NCBI GenBank assembly: GCA_041649135.1
Contig: JBAZNQ010000002.1
Span: forward strand, 143,702-207,701
Direction of reading: 5' to 3'
DNA length: 64,000 nucleotides
Source of the DNA: Patescibacteria group bacterium
GTDB lineage: Bacteria; Patescibacteriota; Kazan-3B-28
Shown: piece by piece, positions 18,702-27,001 of the stretch
Layout: every line of letters starts with the position of its first letter
Position numbering within the stretch: position 1 is the first letter of the stretch
Position numbers and translations under genes: made by a program
The notes under the pieces: generated by a model
Told to the model about the DNA's origin: nothing
Databases searched by the model: none
What the model saw: only the letters and a program-made list of their open reading frames with translations

Positions 18702-20231
18702 ATGAAGATATGGTCTAGCACAATCAGTTTTGCTCGTCGGTTCTGGTTTGCCACCGATTTAATCGACAAAACCCTTTTCTTGGGTTTGATGGTTTTGGTG
18801 GGTCGCGTAGCAACCGATCCGGATTTTGGCTGGCAACTTCGCGGCGGCCTAGATTTAATCAAGTCTTTTCACATTCCAAGTTTTGATCCATATTCCCATA
18901 CCTTAACCAACTACTCTTGGGTCAATCATGAATGGTTGAGCGAAGGCATTCTTGCTTTCATCTACCAGTATCTTGGCATGGCAATGGTTGTGTTGCTATT
19001 TGCGCTACTTACTATTGGTGCATTTTGGTTGGCTCTTTCAACATTTAAAATTAATCGCAAATCCAAACTTATTACTTTGGCTTTGGTCTTTATGGCCGAT
19101 ATGGGGCGATGGGGGATTCGCATGCAAGTCATCACTTGGTTTGGCATGGCGTTCATCCTTTGGTCTTTTGCCCAATATCGCTCTGGACGATTCAAACATC
19201 TCTGGTGGTATATTCCAATCTTTTGTTTGTGGGCAAATCTACACGGTGGCTTCACGGCTGGCCTTGGTATCTTTGGTCTGTTGGTCGCCATTGAGGCAGT
19301 CCGCTGGCTGTGGTGTACCTATGTCATCGATACCCCCGCTCAATCGAATACAATTCCGCTGTTAACTGCCCGTCAATTTGGTCATCTTGTACTGGTGGGT
19401 ATATTGTCTGGCGCCGCTACCTTTATCAACCCCTACGGTTGGAAACTTTATCTAGATTTTTATCATCTCTTCACTTCATCATTTGCCTTACAAAATATCG
19501 GCGAATGGCGCCCATTGCTGGACGCCTTTAATTCCGGCTCAGGGCACTGGCTATTATTTTATTTTATCGTCTTCTTTCTTTCGGCCATTATGGTTGCTCG
19601 CAAAATTGATTTTGCGCGCTGGATAGTTGCTTTTGTATTTTTATTGCTAGCTTGGTCAGCGACCAGAAACATCTCGTTTTTCTTATTAGTAAGTGCGGGC
19701 TTTATTGCTCAAGCTTTTGATTATCTTATGGCGCCAATTGCGCAGTGGTTGTCACATCGCCACTGGATGTTGCATACAGTTATTGGTGTAGCTGGGCTTT
19801 TTGTAATCATTCCAAATCTTTGGCCGCTTTTCACTCATGCCAACGATATTTCTGTTATTGCCCAGCTCAAAAGTTATCCACTAGCAGCTATCGAGTGGGC
19901 AAGAAATAATCCCGGCCAAGTCGGTACAAAATTATACAATACCTACAATCTAGGAGGATTTTTGGATTGGCAACTGCCAGAGCACAAGGTTTTTGTAGAC
20001 GGCAGAATGGCATACTGGCACAGCGGTGAGAAATATCCTTTTCAGGACTCGCTTGATATTGACGCAGGCAAGCCAGATGCGATTGCCAAAATGCAATCGC
20101 TCTATGGTGTCGACTGGGTGATTACCGATCCGCTCTTTCCACTTGCCGTGACTCTCAAAAACTCCTCTGACTGGGTCCAAATTTTTGCCGACGATGTAGG
20201 GGTTATCTATCGCAAGCGAACCATTTTGTAA
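18702..20231 (+). CDS. Polytopic membrane protein, probable GT-C fold glycosyltransferase
   Basis: DPDFGWQLRGG..YSHT..WVNHEWL, LWANLHGGF, INPYGW, VFVDGR; many TM segments. Confidence 0.7.
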   Translation: MKIWSSTISFARRFWFATDLIDKTLFLGLMVLVGRVATDPDFGWQLRGGLDLIKSFHIPSFDPYSHTLTNYSWVNHEWLSEGILAFIYQYLGMAMVVLLFALLTIGAFWLALSTFKINRKSKLITLALVFMADMGRWGIRMQVITWFGMAFILWSFAQYRSGRFKHLWWYIPIFCLWANLHGGFTAGLGIFGLLVAIEAVRWLWCTYVIDTPAQSNTIPLLTARQFGHLVLVGILSGAATFINPYGWKLYLDFYHLFTSSFALQNIGEWRPLLDAFNSGSGHWLLFYFIVFFLSAIMVARKIDFARWIVAFVFLLLAWSATRNISFFLLVSAGFIAQAFDYLMAPIAQWLSHRHWMLHTVIGVAGLFVIIPNLWPLFTHANDISVIAQLKSYPLAAIEWARNNPGQVGTKLYNTYNLGGFLDWQLPEHKVFVDGRMAYWHSGEKYPFQDSLDIDAGKPDAIAKMQSLYGVDWVITDPLFPLAVTLKNSSDWVQIFADDVGVIYRKRTIL

Positions 20232-20277
20232 TCTAATCAATGTCGACTAGTCTCAGCCGCTGTATAATAGAGTTATT

Positions 20278-21498
20278 ATGAAAAATACATTTTCTTTAAT
20301 AGTCATCGGTTTGTTAATCAGCGGTTGGCTTGGCCTACAGCCAGCTAGTGCCGCCGTTTCTGCCCCTCGGGCATTTCTTGCCGAGGGCGGCATCGACCCA
20401 TTTTCTCTGCATTTATTTTGGATCAATCCTAGTGACTCCAATCTAGATCATATCAATATATATTTCTCCACCCTTCCGCTCACTAACTTTAGCGTTGTTG
20501 GCATTGCGACTGGCACGCAAGCTCAGCCAAATCAAAGAGGGGAATACATGTTGTCTGGTCTTACTGATAATCGAGGGACCGAAAATTATCATTATGTTTA
20601 CCTCACGGCTGTCGACATGACCGGCGCCGAAAGTGCCCCTACTGTTACCTTAAAAAGGCTGACTGGAGTTTCACCAGACTTAACCAGTACCGATCCAGTT
20701 GCTAGTTTAACTACGACTACCATCAACTCAACTTCACTGCGATTGAATTGGGATAACCCTGTCCAAAGCGATCTCTACCGAATCGCAATTTATCGTTCAA
20801 CGAATCCCAATGTGTTGCTAAACGATACGAATTTTGTTACTCGTCAGGTGGTTCTACCCAGCACAGCAGGTACATTTACCGACACGGCGCTTTTGTCCAA
20901 TACAACTTACTACTATCGGTTGGTGACAGAAGATGTAAAAGAGAATATCAGCGAACCAGCTGCAACTTTCGGCACCACTTTAGCTGCCCCTGTCACACCG
21001 CCAGTCACCCCGCCTGTCACACCTCCAGTCATCACCCCACCCACTCCCACAACTCCACCAGTAGTTATTCGACCATGGGCATTTGATTACCGCGCCGAGT
21101 GGATTAGTCAAAGCGGCACTATCTCGGCCGACAAAACTGCTCACGAAGTTTCGGGTTTTGCTGGCTCAACTATTGATTTAGAATTAACTCTCAAAAACAT
21201 TGGCAAAGCATGGTGGTATCCCACTACTCCAGACAGTGCCCACATCATCAAATTGGGTACTTGGATGCCCCAAGACAACGCCTCCACTCTCAAGGACAAC
21301 ACTTGGCTTGCTTCAAACCGAATCGTTCAAATCAATTCAACCACCGGCACTGGCTCAAATTCTACTTTCAAATTTAAAGTTGCTATCCCAGCCGATGCCG
21401 CCTCGGGTACGGTTTACAAATTCTATGTCCGTCCCGTCGCCGAGTGGGTGAAGTGGTTTGGCCCAACTGGCATTTTCTGGAACATCGTTGTCGACTAG
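20278..21498 (+). CDS. Secreted fibronectin type III + Pro/Thr linker + NBR1-Ig-like protein
   Basis: Signal peptide, LNWDNP...FTDT.L...TYYYR, (PVTP)n linker, YRAEWISQ...F.F.V domain. Confidence 0.75.
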   Translation: MKNTFSLIVIGLLISGWLGLQPASAAVSAPRAFLAEGGIDPFSLHLFWINPSDSNLDHINIYFSTLPLTNFSVVGIATGTQAQPNQRGEYMLSGLTDNRGTENYHYVYLTAVDMTGAESAPTVTLKRLTGVSPDLTSTDPVASLTTTTINSTSLRLNWDNPVQSDLYRIAIYRSTNPNVLLNDTNFVTRQVVLPSTAGTFTDTALLSNTTYYYRLVTEDVKENISEPAATFGTTLAAPVTPPVTPPVTPPVITPPTPTTPPVVIRPWAFDYRAEWISQSGTISADKTAHEVSGFAGSTIDLELTLKNIGKAWWYPTTPDSAHIIKLGTWMPQDNASTLKDNTWLASNRIVQINSTTGTGSNSTFKFKVAIPADAASGTVYKFYVRPVAEWVKWFGPTGIFWNIVVD

Positions 21499-21611
21499 AA
21501 TCACGAATTCAGAATTATGAATCAAGAGGGGACGGGAAAATGGGGCAGAATTATGAATTTGGAATTATGAATCAAGGGAGGGTAAAAATCAGGAATCAGA
21601 AATCATGAATT
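21497..21611. repeat. Degenerate heptamer array (GAATTAT/GAATCAA) upstream of four-helix-bundle gene
   Basis: gaatcac gaattca gaattat gaatcaa ... gaattat gaatttg gaattat gaatcaa ... gaatcag aaatcat gaattat. Confidence 0.8.
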
Positions 21612-21995
21612 ATGGGGGAACAGGGGAAGATTAAGAGTTTTACCGACCTGAACGCTTGGCAAGAGGGGCATAAATTGGTTATCATGATATATGTCCTGAC
21701 TAAGACTTTCCCTGATGGGGAGACTTACGGACTTGTTAGTCAGATGCAACGATGCGCAGTGTCTATTACTTCCAATCTGGCTGAAGGCTTTAGCCGACAA
21801 TCATACAGAGAGAAGGTTCAGTTTTACTCTATATCACAGGGCTCCGTAACTGAATTACAAAACCAACTCCTAGTTGCTCGTGATGTTGGGCATGTCTCCC
21901 AATCACAATTTGAGCAACTTGCCAGTCAAGTCATCACTGTACATAAATTGGTTAGTGGGCTGATAAAAAGCTCCAAGTCATTCGTCCGTCCATAA
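21612..21995 (+). CDS. Four helix bundle protein (23S rRNA IVP / bAvd-like family)
   Basis: SFTDLNAWQ, FP..E.YGL.SQMQRCAVSITSNLAEGF.R, GS..EL..QL. Confidence 0.92.
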   Translation: MGEQGKIKSFTDLNAWQEGHKLVIMIYVLTKTFPDGETYGLVSQMQRCAVSITSNLAEGFSRQSYREKVQFYSISQGSVTELQNQLLVARDVGHVSQSQFEQLASQVITVHKLVSGLIKSSKSFVRP

Positions 21996-22029
21996 TTCTT
22001 AATTCATTATTCATAATTCACTTATTCCT

Positions 22030-22386
22030 ATGAAGAAATGGCATTTTGGGCTAATCGGGCTAGTTATTATTGTCGGTGGACTTGCCGCCGGCGGTTATTT
22101 CTGGTGGAGACCAAGGGTTGCCAGCCAGTCTATTGTCGAGGCCGCCGATGCCTTTTTGGCAGGCAGAGACAACAATGATATTCTCGAATACGACAAAGCT
22201 CTAGACTTGGTCGACAAGGCGATTGCTTGGGGTAAGTATGATTCCACTATCGGAATATTTCGCGGCCAAGTCCTTGCTGGCTTGAGCCGCTATGACGAAG
22301 CCAGAGCCCAGTATGAAAAAATCCTTGCTGCTGACCCATCTGCCAAAGAAGCAGTTGAAGATTTGTTGAATCAACTGCCACAATAA
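22030..22386 (+). CDS. Membrane-anchored TPR protein
   Basis: N-terminal TM; RGQVLAGLSRYDEARAQYEKILAADP TPR motif. Confidence 0.75.
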   Translation: MKKWHFGLIGLVIIVGGLAAGGYFWWRPRVASQSIVEAADAFLAGRDNNDILEYDKALDLVDKAIAWGKYDSTIGIFRGQVLAGLSRYDEARAQYEKILAADPSAKEAVEDLLNQLPQ

Positions 22387-22463
22387 TCAAATATCCAAAC
22401 AACCTCGACTTGTCGAGAAGGTTTTTTTAACGCTAATTTAATTGTCGGGCATGCAAAATTTTA

Positions 22464-22557
22464 CAAAAAGAAAGCCGACCTATTTTGGTCGCTCTTTTTG
22501 AATATTTAGCGCCCTAGGTCGGCTTGGGGGTACAAATACCCAGAAACCATCTCGCCG
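22464..22557. repeat. ~92-bp direct repeat, left copy (right copy 23805-23895)
   Basis: CAAAAAGAAAGCCGACC..TTTTGGTCGCT...AGCGCCCT.GGTCGGCTTGGGG.TACAAATACCCAGAAACCATCTCGCCG. Confidence 0.9.
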
Positions 22558-22647
22558 CTGTAGTCCAAGAACGAATCAAGATGGACGGGGGACACTCTAT
22601 ACCGATACTGATGTCGTAGGGGAGGGTTGAGGCAAAATCAGGTATTT

Positions 22648-22741
22648 TGTATAGATTTTTAGTCAAATGTATAGATTTTGTATTCTCGTCATGCTATATT
22701 TGGAAAAGAACTGTATAGATTCAGATTAAATTGTATAGGTT
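22648..22741 (+). promoter_or_regulatory. Four direct repeats TGTATAG(A/G)TT, putative operator for the downstream HTH protein
   Basis: Copies start at 22648, 22668, 22712 and 22732 (spacing 20/44/20). Confidence 0.6.
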
Positions 22742-22744
22742 TCT

Positions 22745-23485
22745 ATGGAGCGCGAACTACTGAACATTGGGGAGACGGCAAAGATTTTGGGAATCACTCA
22801 ACAAACTCTTCGTCGATGGGATAAGAAAGGCATTCTGACAGCCATCCACCCTAGTGGTAGTCAGCATCGTTATTATCGCCCAGAAGACATCCAGGTATTA
22901 TTATTATCTCGCGACGATATTGTGCAAGCATCTTGGCGATGGGCAACTGCCGAACCACCCGTAGAACCGGCTTCGATGTATTATTGCCAGACCCGCGATG
23001 TGTTCACCGCGCGTTGGGAGCGGCTCGTCGGAGAATTGGCGCGCATCGTCTTGCGGGATGACGGGCAATCTAATCTTATTGCTGGCATTGCTAGCGAGAT
23101 TGGAAATAACTCCTTCGATCACAATATTGGAAATTGGCCAGATATACCGGGTGTCTTTTTCGGATACGATCTTAAGCGACGAGAAATCGTGCTGGCCGAT
23201 CGTGGTCGCGGAATCTTAACTACACTGCGTCAGACACGCCCCGAGCTCAAGAATGATTTAGAGGCCGTGGAGATGGCCTTCACAAAAGCAATTTCAGGTC
23301 GTGCGCCGGAGACACGCGGTAACGGGCTAAAATTTGTTAAGGCGGCAGTGCGTTCGGGAACGAGCATTTCTCTAGTATTTCAATCCGGAGTCGCTCAAAT
23401 TAGTTTAATGCGACGCAATTCACATTTATCTGTGCGTGTGGCTCATCCAGCAATTCAAGGCTGTCTGGCGATTATTAACTTTTAA
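22745..23485 (+). CDS. MerR-type HTH fused to HATPase_c-like domain
   Basis: LLNIGETAKILGITQQTLRRWD..HRYY; EIGNNSFDH (N box), LADRGRGI (G1), RGNGL (G2). Confidence 0.85.
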   Translation: MERELLNIGETAKILGITQQTLRRWDKKGILTAIHPSGSQHRYYRPEDIQVLLLSRDDIVQASWRWATAEPPVEPASMYYCQTRDVFTARWERLVGELARIVLRDDGQSNLIAGIASEIGNNSFDHNIGNWPDIPGVFFGYDLKRREIVLADRGRGILTTLRQTRPELKNDLEAVEMAFTKAISGRAPETRGNGLKFVKAAVRSGTSISLVFQSGVAQISLMRRNSHLSVRVAHPAIQGCLAIINF

Positions 23486-23497
23486 TCTAAATAGAAT

Positions 23498-23788
23498 ATG
23501 CGTATAGAATTAAAAAGATTTGGTACTACACTAGTTTCCCGTCCAGCCGGTAAAGACTCTTATTTAGCACACCGTGCGGCAATGTCAAAACTTGCAGTAG
23601 ATGAAGAAATCATATTTGATTTTGCGGGTGTGGATGTTTTAACCCCTTCTTGGGCCGATGAGTTTATTACGCCATTTGTAAAACAGTACCCAAATCAAAT
23701 CAAGTTTGAACATACGGATAATTTGTCGATTCGAGTGACATTGGATATCCTTCGACAGGTCTGGAGCGGTGCAGAAGACCTGGAGTAG
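23498..23788 (+). CDS. STAS-like domain protein (DUF4325-like)
   Basis: FGTTLVSRPAG..IIFDFAGVDVLTPSWADEF; typical partner downstream of a HATPase. Confidence 0.8.
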   Translation: MRIELKRFGTTLVSRPAGKDSYLAHRAAMSKLAVDEEIIFDFAGVDVLTPSWADEFITPFVKQYPNQIKFEHTDNLSIRVTLDILRQVWSGAEDLE

Positions 23789-23804
23789 GGAGCTCTACTT
23801 TAAT

Positions 23805-23895
23805 CAAAAAGAAAGCCGACCATTTTGGTCGCTTATAGTAAATATGAAGCGCCCTGGTCGGCTTGGGGTACAAATACCCAGAAACCATCTCGCCG
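23805..23895. repeat. ~92-bp direct repeat, right copy
   Basis: Near-identical to 22464-22557, differing mainly in the hairpin loop. Confidence 0.9.
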
Positions 23896-24257
23896 TCTTC
23901 CCCCGAAGGGGAGATAACGCAGGGGCTAAAAACATTTTTGTTTTGGTTTTGTACCTAGGATCTTGCGATCCTAAGTTTTTAATTGCCCCGCGCGAGGACA
24001 GTAACGGGAGATAGGGCATCATCCCAAGGGATGTTTGCTCTCTCTTCCGTTAGCTTCTGGTCTAGTTGTGAAGGAACCCACTACCAAATTACTTCAGTAT
24101 ACACAAAAAATACCCATTTGGCAATAGTACACGCCTGTTTATCGTATAATTATCGCTCTGGAAGCCAAAAGATTTTTTCTTATCCACATTGATTTTGGCT
24201 GGACAATTTATCTAAAGTCAGTTAATCTCTAGCCAATCCCAATTGGAGGTTTTGTAC

Positions 24258-24446
24258 ATGTCGAAGTCCAGTAAGTCCGGCCAACGGTCCGGCAAGGAGC
24301 CACTCAAACAATCTGGTGCCACTAGCCAGACAGCAAAAGCTAAGGACATGCGAACCAAGCATGCGAAGAGGGAGGCCGACAAACAGGCTGCGAAGGCCGC
24401 TCGCAAGCGGGCTCGTCGTGGTTCGCCGCCCCCTAGCAAGGAGTAA
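24258..24446 (+). CDS. Small, highly basic protein
   Basis: GGAGG RBS, K/R/A-rich 62-aa ORF, terminator-like hairpin at ~24497-24524. Confidence 0.55.
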   Translation: MSKSSKSGQRSGKEPLKQSGATSQTAKAKDMRTKHAKREADKQAAKAARKRARRGSPPPSKE

Positions 24447-24532
24447 GCCTGTCGCTGGGAAGGCTTTCTCCCAGAATCACACATCTGTACCATTTACCCC
24501 GGGCAAGTCCCGGGGGTTCTTTTTGTCTTTTC

Positions 24533-24607
24533 TGGTCGGGGTGACAGGAATTGAACCTGCTGCCTCGCCGACCCGAACGGCGCGCGCTACCGATGCGCCA
24601 CACCCCG
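24533..24607 (-). tRNA. tRNA-Pro(CGG)
   Basis: Cloverleaf CGGGGTG...CGCCG-TT CGG GT-CGGCG...GGTTCAATTCC...CACCCCGACCA. Confidence 0.93.
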
Positions 24608-24738
24608 ATTGGCATTTTGCTGGGGACCCCCGAAATGGTCTAGCGAAGCGAACATTTTGGGGAAGAGGAGAAACAATTGAGCGATCATAGCCGAATGGGC
24701 TTTTGCCCGTTTGTGCGTCGAGCGAAATTGTTTCGACG

Positions 24739-24814
24739 TGGAGCCGGAGGCGGGATTCGAACCCGCGACTTGCTGTTTACGAAACAGCTACTCTACCAAC
24801 TGAGTTACCCCGGC
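24739..24814 (-). tRNA. tRNA-Thr(CGT)
   Basis: GCCGGGG..GCTGT-TT CGT AA-ACAGC..GGTTCGAATCC..CCGGCTCCA. Confidence 0.93.
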
Positions 24815-25090
24815 GCTCAATTTATGATTTTGTCTACCAGCCCCAACGGGGCCCCTTTGGGGCTGAGCTAAGGCGGCATATCACAACAGCCAGATTACCT
24901 TTTTAGTATAACTTAGTCAAAGCTCCTGTCCCATTAAACGAATTGCGTCTACTTACTTTCTTCCGCCATTGGAGCGAGATCGTGATAAATCCCAAAACCT
25001 GTACCAATATTATTTTGGTTAGATTGGAATAAATTGAACAAATTGGTTAGATTTTAATATAAACGCCAGCTGGCGTTTATATTAAAAAGA

Positions 25091-25231
25091 CACCACTAGT
25101 TTGTCTTGCGCAGAGTCTTGGTTCCGAGCAACCAAGTGGGTTCTCGCACCCCACCCCCACAGGGGCAAGAAATGTTGAGATCCCGTATCTAAAGTTTGTT
25201 GGCCAAAAAATGCGAAGACAAATCAATGGTG
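25091..25231 (-). ncRNA. Candidate 6S-like structured RNA
   Basis: Long closing stem CACCATTGATTTGTCTTCGCA / TGCGCAAGACAAACTAGTGGTG; central bubble with 3'-side hairpin CTTGGTT..AACCAAG; apical stem; TAAAAT -10 just upstream and T-run downstream on the minus strand. Confidence 0.45.
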
Positions 25232-25286
25232 CTACCTTTATTTTACACCCGATTTTTGATCCCAAATTTTTCGCGGTGGATAAAAA

Positions 25287-25946
25287 TCAGAAGGGGAGAG
25301 TGCTAGAGCCAACAATCCATTGAATCACCGCAATTACCGGTTCCAGTAGCCAATAAATGATGTTAGTGCCGAGTATTCTATCGGCAAAAATCAGCACCAG
25401 AAGCGCAATTGGCCCCATCTGTTCCAACCGAGAAATTGTCTCTTGACGGACATTGAAACTATCCAAAATTAAATACAAAATCTTCGAACCATCTAGTGGT
25501 GGAATCGGTAGCAGATTGAAAGCCGCCAGAAAAATATTCAAAGTCACTATCACCGCCAAAAAAGTATACAGCTGACCTTCCGGCAGAGCTTGATATTGAA
25601 TTAAATAAATCCTTCCCGGTAGTGCCAGTAAAAATGCCAAGATGATATTGGCGATCGGCCCAGCAATCGCAATTAATAATTCGCCAAATCTTCCCCGAGC
25701 TACCCGTCGAGGGTCGTAGGGGACGGGTCGCCCCCAACCAAACCCAACCAACAAAATTAAAATACTCCCCATCGGGTCAAGGTGAGCCAGCGGATTCAGA
25801 GTCAGCCGACCCATCTGCTTCGCGGTTGGGTCGCCCAATTTGTAAGCCGCCCAAGCATGAGCCGCCTCATGGAAGGTGATTGCCACCACTAATGCCACCA
25901 CAAAGAAGACAAATGTATCCAGCTGTTGAAATACCCCTAATAACAT
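25287..25946 (-). CDS. Site-2 protease (M50) family metalloprotease
   Basis: HEAAH, GDPTAK..GRLTLNPLAHLDP, AGP..N, FNLLPIPPLDG. Confidence 0.95.
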   Translation of the reverse strand: MLLGVFQQLDTFVFFVVALVVAITFHEAAHAWAAYKLGDPTAKQMGRLTLNPLAHLDPMGSILILLVGFGWGRPVPYDPRRVARGRFGELLIAIAGPIANIILAFLLALPGRIYLIQYQALPEGQLYTFLAVIVTLNIFLAAFNLLPIPPLDGSKILYLILDSFNVRQETISRLEQMGPIALLVLIFADRILGTNIIYWLLEPVIAVIQWIVGSSTLPF

Positions 25947-26120
25947 AAAAACCTTGTTCTAAATTACCTTTTTTGCTACCCTGTGATAGACGAATGGTCT
26001 TATAGGCAAATAGACTTGTCGATTAGCCTATCCACCTATTAGTCTATCAGTCAATCAGCCTATCAGCCAATCTGCTTTCTCGTCCATCTCTCACCCTTTG
26101 TCATTACAACTCTCCTCTCC

Positions 26121-26326
26121 GTCATTCCCGCGCCCGCCTGCAACGATGCCCGCCAGAAACGCTGTATCTACTGCGGACTGGTAGCACTTCGGGCAGGAAA
26201 ACGGGAATCCAGACCCCGTCCGTCATTCCCGCGTAGGCGGGAATCCAGACAGAAACAAGAACATTTTTCTTTTTATTTCTGGATCCCCGACGTCGGATGG
26301 CTTTGCCTCCGGCTCGAGGATGACAA
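26121..26326. repeat. 206-bp composite palindromic repeat unit, copy 2
   Basis: Near-identical to 6368-6573. Confidence 0.92.
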
Positions 26327-26380
26327 AATAGAAAATACACCGCAGTTACTTCCAAAATTATTCACTATTAACTAACTTCT

Positions 26381-26608
26381 ATGTCCAAAATTTGCTACAT
26401 CTGCAGTAAGACCAAATCGTTCGGTAACAATGTCAGTCATTCCAAACACAGCACCGGTCGGTCTTTTGGTGCCAATTTATTGTCGACCAAAATTACTGTT
26501 AATGGTACTCCAAAGCGAGTAGTCGTCTGTTCTCGTTGTTTAAAGACCATGACGAAAAAGGCCGTCCCTAGTCGGGCTAGCAAAAAGGCCGCCAAGCAGA
26601 CTGCTTAA
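26381..26608 (+). CDS. rpmB: 50S ribosomal protein L28
   Basis: MSKICYICSK..FGNNVSHS..T.R.FGANL..VCSRCLK. Confidence 0.93.
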   Translation: MSKICYICSKTKSFGNNVSHSKHSTGRSFGANLLSTKITVNGTPKRVVVCSRCLKTMTKKAVPSRASKKAAKQTA

Positions 26609-26639
26609 TTTGGCAAGTCACATGGTACGATACCCATTT

Positions 26640-26723
26640 GTCATTCCGGACTTGTTCCGGAATCTAGACATAAAAAGAAACATTTTTGTTCTTGTCTGGA
26701 TTCTGAAATAAATTCAGAATGAC
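26640..26723. repeat. Inverted pair of GTCAT-type palindromic repeats
   Basis: GTCATTCCGGACTTGTTCCGGAATCTAGA ... TCTGGATTCTGAAATAAATTCAGAATGAC. Confidence 0.85.
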
Positions 26724-26859
26724 GATAGTAGGCGAGTGTGGTTCCCTAGCCGCCAAGATCGCGGCACATGGGCAGGCAATGGCACCCGCCCGAACATATC
26801 CCCCGCCAGAATGAAAAGCATTCTTTCGGGCTGGCGTTCGGTACGGGCGGGGAACGCAA

Positions 26860-26933
26860 GCGGGATTAGTACAATGGTAGTACACGTCCTTCCCAAGGAT
26901 GAGACGCCGGTCCGATTCCGGTATCCCGCTCCA
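26860..26933 (+). tRNA. tRNA-Gly(CCC)
   Basis: GCGGGAT..CGTCC-TT CCC AA-GGATG..GGTCCGATTCC..ATCCCGCTCCA (variant T-loop TCCGATT). Confidence 0.88.
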
Positions 26934-27001
26934 GCAATTTTTTCATATGATAATGAACAGTGCCACTCACCAATAGGCGAGTGGCACTATATCGTTACTG
27001 A

